A stretch of 64,000 nt of DNA from Marsupella aquatica (GCA_973895155.1 OZ316899.1:7877241-7941240), one strand, 5' to 3'; positions 46,826-60,779 are shown, counted from the first letter of the stretch. Notes: generated by a model not told the origin, from the letters alone. Made by a program: numbers and translations.

Positions 46826-48726
46826 CTATGGATGTCTTAAGCAATGAGGTATGAGGTTTTGTCCTTCATGCTCACCTCCTCCCCCTCGCCTGTTGTGTCT
46901 AATCGTAGCCATAATGCGCGAGGCCCATATCTCTTTGAAAACACTCTCTTGCTCTATGGGCTCAACATCACAACCATACTTCAATTTCTGCACATGCATT
47001 CTCAAAAATGTCATTCCATAGGACGTTTAGAAGTTACTTTATGTCGTCAAAATGGACGTTCATTACGTTGCCTAACACATTATGTCTCCTAAGACGATGT
47101 TTCCTGCTTTGTACAATTTTTCAATGGCATTAACATTGTCAAAGCGACGTTAACCTAAACAAACATTGTTTTGAACAATGTGAAATGGCAAACCCTAATA
47201 TTACGACATCTAGAGAGATGTAAACATGCAGTGGCTACAACGTTAAGGCTGAAAACCGACATTAAATTGGGAAAAAACCAAGGTAGGCACACTTGAGGGG
47301 GGCAAAAAGGATATCCAATTTCTCCACCAAAAGGATTCTAGTCCTTCCCAATTTACAAGGTGGCTAGGATTAGTTTGTTGAGATTGGATGGTGAGATCTT
47401 GCATGCCAAGTCTTTGGAAGTGTGTCCAGGCTTTTAGGAAGTCTCAATCTTCTTGGAAGTGTGCACAACAATTTTGGAAGTGTGTCAAACCTTTATGGAA
47501 GTGGTGTTCAACTAAATCTTTATGATCTTTGAGTCCTTTTTCTCTCCTTTTTGAGCTAATCCTTTTTGCATCCTTTTGCCCCCCTCAATCTTGCAATTGA
47601 CCACTTACATATTTGGCGAGAAACCCCCTCCACCCGCCTTGTCCCCAGTAGTTGGTGACCACTTTCTTGGGTTGCGACATTCGCTTTTGAATGGCAGCAT
47701 CCCCCATTTGTGCACAGCGTCCCGTTGGTGTGTCAGGTGTTGCTGTGAGCTCCTTCACTATAATCTGAAAGTCAACCTCGACCATCCCTTCAGGTCAGTT
47801 GTACTGTTTTGTGGTCCGGTCTTGGAGGTCCCTTACCTTCTCTTTCCACCTGAAGCAACGATCGGCCAGGTGGGAGATGATCTTTGACTTGAAGTGCAAG
47901 TAGTTTATCTCTCGGCCATTCTTGAATCCGGCCTGCACATCATTGATAATGAGCTACAACCTCTGACTGTCCTTTTGCAAGTCCTTCCAAATGGTCCAGT
48001 TGGGACAGTGCCGGCCAAGGACCAACTTCACGCAATTTTTCAGGCCTTTCTCATCAAGGACCTCTGGAACCGCATCAAACACTAACAACTTGATCATTGG
48101 CAGTGGAGGATGTGATGCGCCTTTCGACCCCTGCCGTGATGTTCTCGTGGTGAGTGTTGTCTGCTCCTCCTCTCACTCTTAGTGGTTTGATCTTGCCTTC
48201 TTTCTTGTCTTCTCTCACTCCTTCCATCGCTCCTTCTGTCACTTCTATGTCTTTCCTTCCCCTTCCTTCTTCTTTGCTCATCTCTCTTTGAAGACAAACT
48301 CATCAAAGGAGTTTGTTCTCGTTGTTGTCCTCTCAATCTGTCCACTACATGAACCTGACTTTGGACTGGCGTGGGCTGTAGGGGGACCTGGGTGTCAAAA
48401 ACGCCAACAGTAACATTGTCCCAAAGTCCTAAGTCTGGAGGAGGAGGAGCCAAAGGTTCTAGAAGATCTGTAGAGTATCTGTGAGCAACAAGAACCGGTC
48501 CCACATCCTCCTCCAACGAGACCTCGCACTCCAAACACTCTAGGTAAGCAATAAACTTTGACTCCTTGCTTCCATCCGGTAATCCCATGAACTTCCAATT
48601 GTGTGTGAAAGCTACTATCATTGGGTTTGTTGATTCCATTGTTGTGCACACCTTCTCAATCTCTTTTGCATCTCCATTCTTAACTTTCTCTACATCAAAG
48701 TTCGGTGAGAAAGGAACCCCTACCAT
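46826..48726 (-). pseudogene. Decayed transposon accessory gene, weakly TnpA/Ptta-like
   Basis: ORF 48094-48726 plus downstream fragments (PNWTIWKDL...IINDVQAGF...HLADRCFRWKEK; YWGQGGWRGF). The resemblance is by eye only. Confidence 0.3.
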
Positions 48727-49047
48727 TGTTGTTGCTCACTATTTTATGCAAAACCCTGAATGTGAATGTTTTGAATGTGGAGGTTTACAATGGGGCATCT
48801 CCCTTCCATTCCCCTCCTTCCCTTCCCTTGGTCCACGTTCCCACCGCTTGAAGCCTTGGGAACATGTCATTTAACTAAGTAACGTTATTTTGAACGACAT
48901 TCATGCGCTAATTGCGTCTTTCCATACAACGTATCTAAAGCTTTACGTATGTTGGGAATACACAAGTAACATCGTCGGAGTGACATATGACGTAGTTTAC
49001 ATTGTTTGGAAGGTTGTTAATGCTATTTACTTTGTGGGGTAGCAAGT

Positions 49048-49542
49048 ATCATCAGTTATCAGCGGCTAATATCAGTTATTCATTTTTTTGTTGAATTTTT
49101 TTTGAATCTTAGCTGAGCAGCTGAGATGATGACTTTGCACTTACACGCATCTCAACTAGGCGGCTAAGATTGACTCAATCTCAGCTGACCTCGTCGAGAT
49201 TGATGTGCAGACAAAAAAAAGAGAAAAAATTAATAAATTATTTTCTTGAAAAGTTCAAAATGAAGAAAAAATTTGAAGAAAAACAATTGATGAAATTTGG
49301 TGTCCGTACCGTACGGACGCATGGCCATCTCGGCTGGCCCCGTCAAGAAGTGATGTCCATACGGTACGGACACCCATAGTGAAAAAAATTTCAAAAAAAG
49401 TTTTTTTTTCTTCATCAAATTTTGAGAAAAAAATTTGATTTTTTTTTCGCATTTTTTTTAGCTCCGCATCTTGGCGGCCTCTTTGAGATGATGTGGCGAC
49501 TGATATCAGGTAGACTGATGGAAACAACTGATAACTGATGAT
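49048..49542. mobile_element. MITE / foldback element
   Basis: 15-bp TIR ATCATCAGTTATCAG...CTGATAACTGATGAT, complementary A- and T-runs, and an inner inverted pair GTGTCCGTACCGTACGGAC / GTCCATACGGTACGGACAC. Confidence 0.75.
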
Positions 49543-50159
49543 GTAACTTTACTCTTACTTTGTTCTGTATGACATTAACATAGTTAAGTCTTGGGTTTAG
49601 GGTTTGTGGCAAGTTTAGGGTAATGGTTCTTACTTTGCCTGGATTTCTAGGCAAGCCAAGGGACATGTCCGACTCAGATTCAGATGGGGATGGGAGGTGG
49701 AGGTCTCGTGATAGATCTTGCCATCGATATAGACATCGAAACAGGAGTCAAGATTGTCATGATGATCATAGTGATTCTTCAATTCATCGGGATTGGAGGC
49801 GACGCCATTGTCTTGTATCAAGATGTCACCATCATCGTCATTGACGTCAGTCTTCATCCACATCATCTGGTTCTTTACCTTGGTCGACTTGTGTGGAGAT
49901 TGCTACTATGGCTGCTATGGATTCATATGTTCCACTGCAAAAGACCCCTTGCCCATACAGACGGTGCAAGGGAGTGGTGGATCAGGATCAGTCTACTATC
50001 TTGAGCCATTGTGGGACCCACAATCAATATGTACCCCCTCCACAATAGGTAATGTTTGCAATTGTTAGTGACAACATGTACGCCTCCATACTATTGTCTC
50101 CTACTGCTTGCTATAACAAAAATACCCACCACTAATGATTGCATGTTTGCATTTAACAG

Positions 50160-52584
50160 AGGCGTCCTATTTTTTTAGTGGTTACAAGTTTGGAGGACAT
50201 GAGTCGTATGGCACGTGCGGCTATGACATCTATTGTTCACCCATCAGCGATAGAGGCATCACCTGCCGGGATTAAAAATATAGCAACGAGATCTTTTGTA
50301 CAATCTTTGTGTGAGATCCTGGGTGATATTCAAGATATCAAAGAAACATAAAATTTTCAGTCTCTAATGGTAGTTTCTACTCCATATAAGTTTGCATCTC
50401 TTTTCAAGAGTGCTAGGCAGGACCAAAAAGGTCGTGGAGAGTTGGATTTTCTGGTCAATATCAAAAGAATATCAACATGCCTTTTCTCTAGAGGTACATC
50501 CTTCCAGGTCAAGGGTCTCAAGAAGACAGGCCTCACATATTCAAGATGACTTCCAAAGGCCATGGGTCGGGGGTGGATCTTTTGCGGCAAATGCAACCTG
50601 GAGGGAGTCTTGAAGGTGCTTGGGTAAGCTTGAATGTGATGAAATGAATGACCAAGGATTGGGTGATTTTCAGCGCACATATTTACGATCACAACTACCG
50701 TGCGTTGTGTACGATATTCACTTGCGAGCTAAAAGCTGAAGACACAGAGTCCTTCGAGAAGGCTTGGAGATTAATGATTGAGGTATGCAAAGAGAATGGC
50801 TAGATAATCCAACTATTCATGGCTTTATGGCAGACAACGCCCAAGCCGGATGGTTACCAGTCTGGAATGTTTTTTTTGGAGGGCATCCAAACCTTGAACG
50901 GGAGTGGACCGACGCTTTTCATTTTTGCGAAGCGTTTCATTGCCATTCTGTTGAAGGAGTGTTGGAAGAGAAGCAGGTAGAACATTGAATGCTATGGGAT
51001 AAAATACGTAATGCACCGACATTTGTGGAGGCCTACGACTTTTAGGAGAGATCTATGGTGGCAGTCTAGTAACTGCTTCCCTGGAAAGCTTTGAATGCTG
51101 CAGAGTTGGATATCGTGGTGGGTTGTGCGTTGGAGGTAGTGGGGAAATTTTATTTGTTTGGTGAGTAATAGCGCTTGGCGCTAGTAATATGCAAGTTGGT
51201 TTCCCTTGTAGAAGTACAATACAATTCCACTCCTGAACATTTGATTCCTAAGCACCATATCCAAAGCATGTAATCCATTCTCCTAGACTGACCAGATATG
51301 AATCATTTATTTTGAGAAACATATGATTACACAATAATATTGATGGTTTTGTCCAAATTTTCTAACTAGCGCCTGGCGCTAGTATCTTCAGCGGATGCTA
51401 ACTAGTTTTTATACTTTGTCATTCCAGGACAAAAGTGCTGCAGAAGGCGCTAGGATTCCAAACTGCATAGGACTAGAGTCAGTTCACGCAAGAATGAAAG
51501 CATGGGTAATGAAAAAAAGGTTGGGCTCTTTGAGGCATGTGAAATGGATCAGAATCAAGCTATATCTCAGGTCGCTGCATATACCGCATATCGAAAAGGA
51601 TTGAATAGAGGGAGAGGTCCAACAATATGGGAACTGGCTTTCCGTTCAGCTGATCAGGCAGGTCCCTCGAAGCTGTTCGAGGATGCAATGAACATGCTAC
51701 TCTCCAATGCTGTTGAGTTTGACTTGGAGAGAAGCATTCCTCCAAATGGAGATGTTGTAAGAAAGTTGGTGAAGAGGAAAGGACCTGCAACTGGGAATAT
51801 CTCACCACAAGACTCCCACTAGCATGATAAAGTCCTTATCACATCGCCAAATACCAGATTGCTTAAGCGTAAAAATCTGAACCACACAATGTTTTCTTCC
51901 ATATTGGAAGACAAACCTGATGACATTTCCATTGTCAATTTTTCAGGAAGTGATGATTCAAGGGATGTACAACGGGACAATTTTAGGACACCGCAGGGTT
52001 GAGATCAAACACGTTCAATGCAATACCCACACACCGCTCCCACTGTCCTTTAGCAAACATTGCTCAAATCTCTAGTGCTTGAAATAGAAGTCATGCAAGG
52101 TGCATGGCATTTGCGCCGGAGATCAAAATTTGGGGCGGGTCCGCGGTGCAATGCATCATTTGGCGGTAATTCCGAGAGCGATGAGTGTCGAAATAGAGTG
52201 AAGAAAGTTGGATGCCCCTCAGCAAATGGTGTCATCGACATTGTTGTCAAAGGACAACGCATGTTTAGGGGGGAACCTATAGCCAAAATGATTTGGTTCT
52301 GCCCAAACAATACATGTTATAGGAGCCGTCCCCGTCGTGGTGTAGTAAACCTGCCCTCCTTCCCTGATATGCTGCCTGTTATAAAAGGAACAAATGTTTT
52401 GGAAGCTAAGATGAAGTATCTTGTTGACCAGGGAGTACCTATAGTCCAAGGAAGGCATGGTCCTCTAACTCCACCATCACTTTTCAACCTTCAAATCAAC
52501 GTCAACTTATTTCCAGAGAGGGTCAATCTTCTGGAACCCACCGTTTGTCTCCAAAGTTGGAATGGGAAGAACACGGTTCCTTGA
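50160..52584 (+). pseudogene. MULE/Mutator-like transposase relic
   Basis: Fragments FKMTSKGHGSGVDLLRQM, AHIYDHNYRALCTIFTCELKAEDTES, IHGFMADNAQAGW, FHF, ESVHARMKAW, and C-terminal WHLRR...C...WFCPNNTC...LPVIKGTN; many stops and frameshifts. Confidence 0.65.
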
Positions 52585-53487
52585 TCAACCTTGATCCAGG
52601 CTATGTCACGTTGTCAGCCTAGGCCTTAACCCAAGCTTTGGCTTAGACAGGCACGTCCTTTGTGAATATGAGGGTTCGGGTAGGGAGGGATGCACGGAAT
52701 GCTCCTAATTCATGTAAACTAGCGCTAAGTGCGCTTACTATTATGTATAGACACCTCCTAGGTATAGTTTGTGTTCCGCCGCTGGAACATACCTTAGTCG
52801 ACACAGGGTCGGCCCCGGCTCACGGACTTCTAAGCCTTCATGTTACTGCCTTTGATCTGGATCTGTTAGTACAAGAGCTCAACCCGGGCTCGCAACCCTG
52901 TACCCGTATCCTGCACCCCGTGCACGGTTGGCATAACGTGTTTGGCCCGGCATTGATACTTGCACACGAGACTCATACATGCATACATACATAACAGAAA
53001 TCTCAATTTACACGAACGAATTTAAGGAGAAAGGATTTCATTCATTTATGATCATACACTTTACGATTGGTTGACCCGACACCTCGTGAACGACCGGGCC
53101 CAAGGCCGAGGAGTATACACTACAACAGAGCCCGGCTCCACACTTGCCCAGCAAGCTTAGTCGTATACCCTCCCCTTGGTCCTCCGGTACTTCACCGAGT
53201 TTAAGACTCCCCGTGCGTACTGCGAATGGCCAACTTCTGAGTCTAAAATCCCCCTCCCAACCTCTACTAGGGGGGGCTGCTAAATACTAAGGGCTGAGGA
53301 CCGGCCTGGCCTCGTGCCCGAATCTACGCTAACTTATATCCTTACTAAGCTGGTGCTTGCTTGTCCTATTAGTCTAACCTATTCTACACAGGCTGGCCAA
53401 TGTGTCAACGCCGCTATCTTCTGGCCGGCACTTGTCCTACCAGCCTGTTTTAGCTACTCCTAAGTCTATTCTAAGCCTAACCCTCCG

Positions 53488-55696
53488 CTAATGTCTGGTG
53501 CGCTTGCCAGAGCCGTTCGAGTGGGAGTGGCCATCCCGCTGCCTACGGAGTCTGTCATTGTCTACCTTGAGGAGCTGGACTTGGTCCAACAGAGATTCGT
53601 TTTCTTGCTTTGCCGTGTCCGTCTCCTCAGCTGCCTCCTGGCATGCCTCTTCCAGTTGCTGGCCGTTGCTCGTCAGCTTGTCCACCACCTGGGTCTGTTT
53701 CTCGGCTTCGGCTTGAAGCCGTGCCACTTTGGCCTGTAGGGTGGCAATCTCCGCAATGTCACGTTGGGCCCGCTCTTTGGTCTCCTCTAGGTCTTTCTGC
53801 TAGATGACAGTTTGGTTCTTCAAACTGTCAACCTGGGTCTGGAGCCGTGCAATCTCAGCCTCCTTCCCGGCTTTGGCCTGTTCGGCCAAGGTGGTAAGGG
53901 CATGCGCATTTGCTAACAACTCATCGGTGGCTGCAACCTTGGGTCGTAGTTGCAAAAGCTCAGCCTCTTGAGCTGCAACTACATCCTTTAGGTACACGGA
54001 TTCAACCCAGTACCGCTCTATCCGCTGAAGGGCCTCCGACTGAGCCCGACTTGCTTTTACTGCAGTAACCAACTCCTGATTGAAGAAGTAGGCTACCTTC
54101 CGAGCCATGAACTCCCCGGTATCCCGGGCTATCTATTGGGAGAAATCTCCCAAAAGCCCATTTAGAAATGTACCCGGTACGAAGAGTTCCGGGTGGTCCA
54201 GGTTATGCCCGTCTGGAGTTGGGCACGGGCAGACGTTAACTCGCGTGGGAGCCGGGGTAGTGACATCCAGCCCTGGGGATGTAGTGTTGGAAGGGGCTGG
54301 AGTGTCCTCCTCCACCATTGGGCCGTCCTTTGGGATAGCCACTGGTGGGTCTTCTGGACCTTCGGGCTTGGGCAAGGCCTCCACCACCCCGACTTCTGCA
54401 CCAGGCTCGGCCAGGTTGATTGTGGCTAAGGTTGCGATCACTGCCTCTTCTGGTACTTCTTTGGCCACGACTGCCGCTACCTGTGGAGGTTGGATGGGTG
54501 AGGCCTACGTCGCCGCCGGACTTTGGGCCTCGGGTTGAGGCCGTCTCTCCAAGGCTGGGAAGATCTACTTAGTTGGGACCAACTTAGTTACGTTGACCTG
54601 GGGAAGGGTTTGTCGATCAAACCGGGTGTACCACTCGAGAAGGATCTCAATGTGGCTCGCAAAATACGCCTTCCCGCCGATGTATAGCGACTTCCTTTGC
54701 CGCTCCATCTCTTCATGGAACTTCTTAGCAAAGGACGAAGCCCACTTCCTAGGTCGATAGTTCTTGACCTGGATAACCTGGGCAGCGGAGATCTCACCCC
54801 GGGGTTCCATCATGTGGAGGGCGTACCTTTGGAACTCCAGCCGCTCAGCTATCTCGGGGATGAGGCAGGTCCTCATCACGAACCCGTTGTCCACTGACCC
54901 CTTGGAGGGAAAACTCAAGGATTGGTACTTGGCTCCCTTGCCCCCGGGAGCCCGTGATTTGACTTGGTGATCGCCCTCGGTAAGCCCGTGATTCAACTCG
55001 GTGATTGCCCTTGGGTAGCCCAAAGATCATCCTGAGCCGTTCCTCTGTGAGGGACATATTCCTCCCACGCAGCCGAGTATGCTGACGGACGTCGTCATAA
55101 TTCTTGACGAACTCCATCATGTCCTCCTCGTAGTATCTGCAGGTGTTCCAGGGGAGAGAGGCAAGGAGCTCAAACGCTTGAGTCTTCAAGTACACCGCAT
55201 GTTTGGGGTGGAGGATGTTCTTATGCACGTTTTCCCCCATGCGGTGCATTGTTACCTTGGCCGCGGCTACCGTGGCCATGGGTAACCCAGATATAGCTGC
55301 GGGTTCCTTCCTCTTCTTTCCCTGAGACTGGCTTGAGGAGGGTGACACCTCCCCATCCTCTCAATCGGGTGTAGGTAGTGCCACCGCCATTAGTATTGGG
55401 GCCGGGGCGGCTACGGTCACCGTGTTATCTGCTAGAGCCGCTACTCTGGTCCGGGCCTGGGGAAGGGGCGATGTAGTGCCGGCTCCCTGGGTACTTACTC
55501 CTCTAGGCCGCCTGAGCAGGGGTAAGGTAGCCTCTTCATTGTCGCTGAGGTCCACAGCGTTGATGACGGATCTCACGTGTAGGGCCGGGGTGACTGGTGG
55601 CGGGGGTTGGCTAAGCTGAGGCGGAGCCTGAGCTTGAGCTAATGCTGGAGCGGGCACGGCTGGGCTGGCACCGGTGGTCGATGGTGTGGTTGCCAT
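53488..55696 (-). pseudogene. Retroelement extra ORF A: low-complexity N-terminus, TE-associated FGLP domain, Pro-rich linker, coiled coil
   Basis: ORFs 55361-, 54845-, 54565-, 54133-, 53800- and 53488- join through four in-frame stops and one frameshift near 55020. Motif ASLPW...MMEFVKNYD...LTEERLRMIFGLPKG...NGF..TC..P.I.E.LEF. Confidence 0.7.
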
Positions 55697-57035
55697 GAAA
55701 TTTTGTAGGTGCCGGTAGAGGTTTTTTGACGCAAGTGTAGGCGCCCTTGTAGATCGGGTAGCGCTGGACTCGCTGTTGATGATGTCCCGGACCCGAGCGG
55801 GGATGTGGTCAAAGTGGTGCTGCTGTAAGTTGATCGTGCCCGGGATATTGAAGACCTCGTCCGGGACCTTGTCTGGGAAGTCTTGTGAATGCTTCCCAGA
55901 GATAAAGCCCCTGGGCCAGACGGGATGACAATTGAGGTTTACCAGGCCTGCTGGGTGTTCATGCAAGACGACCTGGTAGCAATGGTGCAAGAATTTTGGC
56001 TTACGGGGAACTTAGCTGTGCAGGGATTAAAGAGGGGATGATTAAGTTTATTCCAAAGAAACCTGATAAGCAGTATCTCAGGGATTGGCAGCCTCTTACT
56101 ATGCTGAACACAGGTGTGGTGCGTCCCATGGCTCCCTAAACCCAAGAAACCCCCCAGCTCAAGCCGATTCCCGCGGGTTTCGCGCTTGGCGAGGCCGTTT
56201 CCGCGGCTTAGCGGCATGGGACGCTGCTAACCTTCTACTACTACTATTAACATTTTACACACATATACTGGATAGATCCTTCATCGGGTCATGAGATACG
56301 TAGCCGGCCTAATCTAGGCCTTCCCCTGTCTTCCCCTGTCTTCCCCTCCGTCTTGTTAGGTATGTTTGGATTCCGCCGCCGGAATGATCCCCAATAGGCT
56401 TGGTTAAGCCGCTAAGACCTCTCTCAGCTCGACACATCCAACTCTCACTCCCCTGCTTACTTTCCTTCCTTTGGTTGATGTGGGCACTCTTCACACAAGT
56501 TAATGCGACACACAAATAGCAAAATGACTCATTCTGACTGAGTCATACCATGCACTTGCCATACAAACAGTACATCTCATACACAAGTTCTGCGAACTAA
56601 GCCGTGAGGCCAACTCTATTCAGCTCTTAGGCATGAGGAAACATGAATATACACAAGGGTCACTGTATGACTAACCGAGAGCTTCTCGTACTACTTGATC
56701 CCAGCCCGGCTGGTGCAAACTAAAAACTTGCTAAAGAAGAGGCCCTGAGCTCCCCGCTGCCCAGGTACTTATCCTGGTAGTGGATCCGCCATTCTTTGCA
56801 TCGTAAGCCTAATCTACTTAACAGTAATCTACTTGCCCGAATCTACCTATGTACAGCAAGGCAGGAGCACAAGTGTTGCTCCTACCAGTGGGACCGCAAT
56901 CCCACTAAGCTAAGTGTCAGGGCCGCTCCTGGTTCTGATCCTAATCCTAAACGTGGAGATCCGCGCCCGCCCTGCCCACTCACGCCTCCTCCCTCCACGT
57001 CCGCCCTCCCTAAAAGGAACGGCGCCCTTGCACCG

Positions 57036-60000
57036 TCATGACACCGGTGGTGGATCCTTAATGGACGCCCCCAACGCTTCCTCCTCAGCCACTGCCGTAG
57101 GCTCATTCCCTGACAGATTACCTGCCCTTGACTGAGTCAACTCTCCATCGGCCTGACTGGGTCCACCATCGGCGTCGGCATCGGCTCGAGAATTGGTTAC
57201 GGCCTCAGCCTCGGCTACGGTCTCCCCGGCCTGCTCAAGAGGCGGATCTGGAATACCGGCCTTCTTACTGAGTAGTTCGGCTTGGGCCGCACCACCCCCA
57301 CCTGTGATCATAGCGGGATCTATTGCCGTATTCATGTCGGAGGATGGTGCTGGTTCTACCTCTTTGGTCACCACGGCTTGTGGAGTCGGATTACTCCTTG
57401 ACCCTGAAGGTTTCCACTTTTTCTTCTTTTCTGGTTCGGCAGCTGGTCCCTTCCCCTTCCCACTTACCTCCGGCACTGGTGCAGTTGGCGCGGCTTTTTC
57501 TTCGGCCAGTACCACTCCTGGTAACTTGGTTGCCCCAATTGGAGTTGGGCCTGATGAAGACAAGCACTTAAATACTGCGGCTTGTTTCTTCAGCCGCTCC
57601 GTTTGGTTGTCGGCCCGCCGCTGGAGGTTCTCCATCTTCCTCGTGATTTCCTCCAACTCCTCCTGGGTCTCATCCAGGTCCTTGCGTGCCTCCTCTAGTT
57701 CCTTCTGGGCTTCCTCCCGTTCTTGTTTCAAGGTAGTCCTCTCCTCCTGGGTTGCTTTTAGCTCCTTGTCGAGCTCTGCAATGATGACAGACTCCATCTG
57801 GTTCATCTTGGCGTAAGTCTGTTCGAGCATCTCGTCCCTCTCCCTTAGGTCGGCCTTGAAGCTGGCCGTCAGGGACGCAAGCTCCTGCTGCAGCGCCATA
57901 ATCCCTTGATAGGATTTCCCTAACTCGGCCTCCTTCTGCTCAAGGGCTCCGCGGATTTTCTCGAGCTCCCCTTTCAACGCCCATTCCTTTCTTTGGGTCT
58001 CCGCCATGGCCCGGCTGTTGGCTGTTATGTGGGCCTCCTCTGTATTCTTCAGCTCTTGCTTCCACTTCTCCCTCTCTTTGATCGTGTCGGCCAACTCTCC
58101 CTGCGTCTGAGTCAGTTTATCCTTGATATTCTGATTATCAGCCTGCGCGGTGTCCAACTGCCCCTACATGATGTTCAGCTCATGTCGTTTAATCTGCAGT
58201 TCATCTTGGGCTTTCTTGGCCGCCCTTAGATCTTCAATCTCGGCTTCCATCCTCCTAAGCCGCCGAATGACCTCGTCCTTCTTGCTTCTCTCTAAAGCCA
58301 CCGCTTCTTCTAATTGGTGCTTCTCCAACTGCTCCCTATGGAAAAAGGGTCCTACCTCCAACTCTTCTCCAAAGATGCCGAGCGCAAGTTCCCCACACAT
58401 CTCACCATACTCCATGGCTCTATTCTTAGCATAGGTGGAGTAAGTAGAAGTGATCGGCATCGCCCATCGCGGCCTCTGCTCCCAAGCCGTCCTGCGGATC
58501 TCTTCAATCTTGGCTAGAGGTTTGCTTCCTTTTTTGGCTAGCCGCCTGAAAGTGATGTCCTCCGGCCAATCTCCTCCTGGTAAATCCTTTTCCTTAGCCA
58601 GGGCTGCCTCCTCCTCCTGCTTGATTCGCTCCTGAAATTCCTGCACCGTCTGTTTTATGCCGTCGAAGCTCGGGGGAGCAACATCTGGTGGGGGAGACTC
58701 AGGGCTACTCTGCTGGTTGGGGTCCCCTCGCACTACCCTTGGAAGTGTGGGGACAAACCGGCCACAGGTCCTTACTCCTGGAACGTGATGGTCCGACCCA
58801 TAGCCGGAATTATCATGGCTGCAGTCCTCCACTGCCTCCTCTACCTCTTGGACGTCCGGCTTCTCCCTCTCCTCTTCGTCGGTAGGAGCTTCAGGCAATT
58901 CTGCCTCAGATTCGGAGCTTGAGGTTCCCACGTACATTCGAACACCTGGCTTGGATTCCGGCCTGATTCTCTCCTTGTCTCCAGCAAAGGGGTTTTCTCT
59001 TGTGAGCCGGTGTAGGCCTACCTCTGTAGTAGTGTCCTGCATTGTTGCCGTTGCCGTTGTTGTTGCCGATGCCGATTTCTTTTCTTTCTCCAGTAGTTTC
59101 AGCAGACTCTGCATGCCTGGTTGCTGCATCGGCAAGTCCTCCTTCCTGGGCCTAAACACCTGCTCGATCATAGGGCTAACAGGTGGTTGAGGCTTCTCAG
59201 CCAACGGCCTCGGCGTTGGAGCTTCCTCGGGTGCCCTTACCTGCAGGGGAAGTACCGGGGCAAAAGTCTGACCTCTGGCATACCGGCACAACAGCGGCAT
59301 GTGATAGCCAAGCCGCGACACACTCCCCATGCCAATTACCTGCTGCTCCTCCTTTAAGATCTTCTTCAATTGGTTGAGGAGGTACCCGTTGTAGTCCCGG
59401 CTTGGGTCTGGCCTTTCTGCCAGATAGACCTGTGCCTTGCCGATCTCTGCCCTTGGCAAGTTACAATGCATGGTCACCCGCAAGAAGTCGATCATCTCTC
59501 CTATGTGCGGGTTGGTGCAGGTGTTCCGGAAGAAGCCATTCTTCGTTGATGGCCCGGGGAACGACCGGAACTCCTTGTCAGGCAAGGTCTTCCTGGTATC
59601 AACTTTGGTCTTATTGCCTATCGGCAAGCCAAACACTTCGGCAATTACCTTGGGAGTAAGATAGAAATCCTTCCCATATATCCTCGTGCAATTGGTCTCG
59701 GGTTCCCATGACCCCACGAATTCTAATAGGTCTGACTCCGGTACCTCCGGCTTCAGCCATGGTAATCTTACAAAGGCCTCTAAGCCGGATCCGGCCATGA
59801 AGCCTTGGTACTTCTTGGTCTGCATGGCCGTAAAGCATGCATCCTCCTCCCGTGCAAAATGTAGTTGCACCTCCACCGGTAGGGTTGCCGCCCAGCCCTT
59901 CCAGGTGTCATCCCTGGTTGGAATGGCCTTGATGGGATCGACCTCCTCCTCTTCGGCTTCTCCCTGCCTCCTGCTCTGCTGCTCGGCTGGCTTCTTTGGT

Positions 60001-60674
60001 GCCGCCGACCTCGTTCTTTTTGTCGGGGTGGCTTCATCGTTGACGGCTCCCTTCCTCTTCATCTCTGCTGCCGTGGAGGTTTCTCCTAGCACCGTTGCCT
60101 GGGTCCACCTTTCCGTGCTTCCCTTTAATTCCCAGTGTATGTCGTTGCAGTTCTTGATGGCCTCTCGGATGCCGACGACGCTGTCTTTGCAAAACAGAAG
60201 ATCGTCGAGTTGATTGGAAGTAGGCGTCCACAGGAACTCGTCCTTGATGAGTTCGCCTCCTAAGAAAGCCGTCTTCTGCAGCTCCCACAATCGAGCGAGC
60301 TCCTGCCGTTCTCGAGCTGCCCTTTCTGATTCCTCGTCCTCGTAAGTCTTGATGTACTCAGTTGCCCGTTCGAACAGGCATCCCCAGAAATGTGCCGCTT
60401 GATTGACGTTGCTCATACCCTCCTTAGGTCGATCGTCGGTATCTACTCTCTCCCCGAGTGCTTGCCTAAGCAGCTGACAGTAGTTGGCCTCCCGTAGTCG
60501 TCTGCCTAGTTCGTGCTCGCAAATGAGCCACCATCTCCTGCAAGCGCTCCTTACCCCTCTCCTCTGCCGGTCCTTCTTCCCGTTGATCCTTCCTAGCCGC
60601 CGACGCTTAACGCGCCCTAACCCTAATCGGGTTTTCACCCTCAGCCTTACCTCCGGCCTCGGCCCGGGTTCCAT
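57036..60674 (-). pseudogene. Retroelement extra ORF B (~1210 aa, one in-frame TAG at 58164-58166): TE-associated FGLP domain and long coiled coil
   Basis: 58164-60674 and 57036-58157 are in the same frame. Motif FVRLPW...LLEFVGSWE...LTPKVIAEVFGLPIG...NGFFRNTCTNPHIGEMIDF is paralogous to ORF A. Confidence 0.75.
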
Positions 60675-60779
60675 GGTTGCCCCTAATTGTTTATATTTTC
60701 CTTGTTTTGTCCCTATACTAAGGTGTTCCTAGGGTGCCTTCCTGCTTTACCCACTTAACCGGCCGAGTGATTCCTGTCT

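Noticed and set aside
49623-49844. RS/RD-rich short ORF resembling an SR protein N-terminus
   Set aside because: Too short and low-complexity, with no RRM; it may be a first exon of the MULE relic but cannot be supported.
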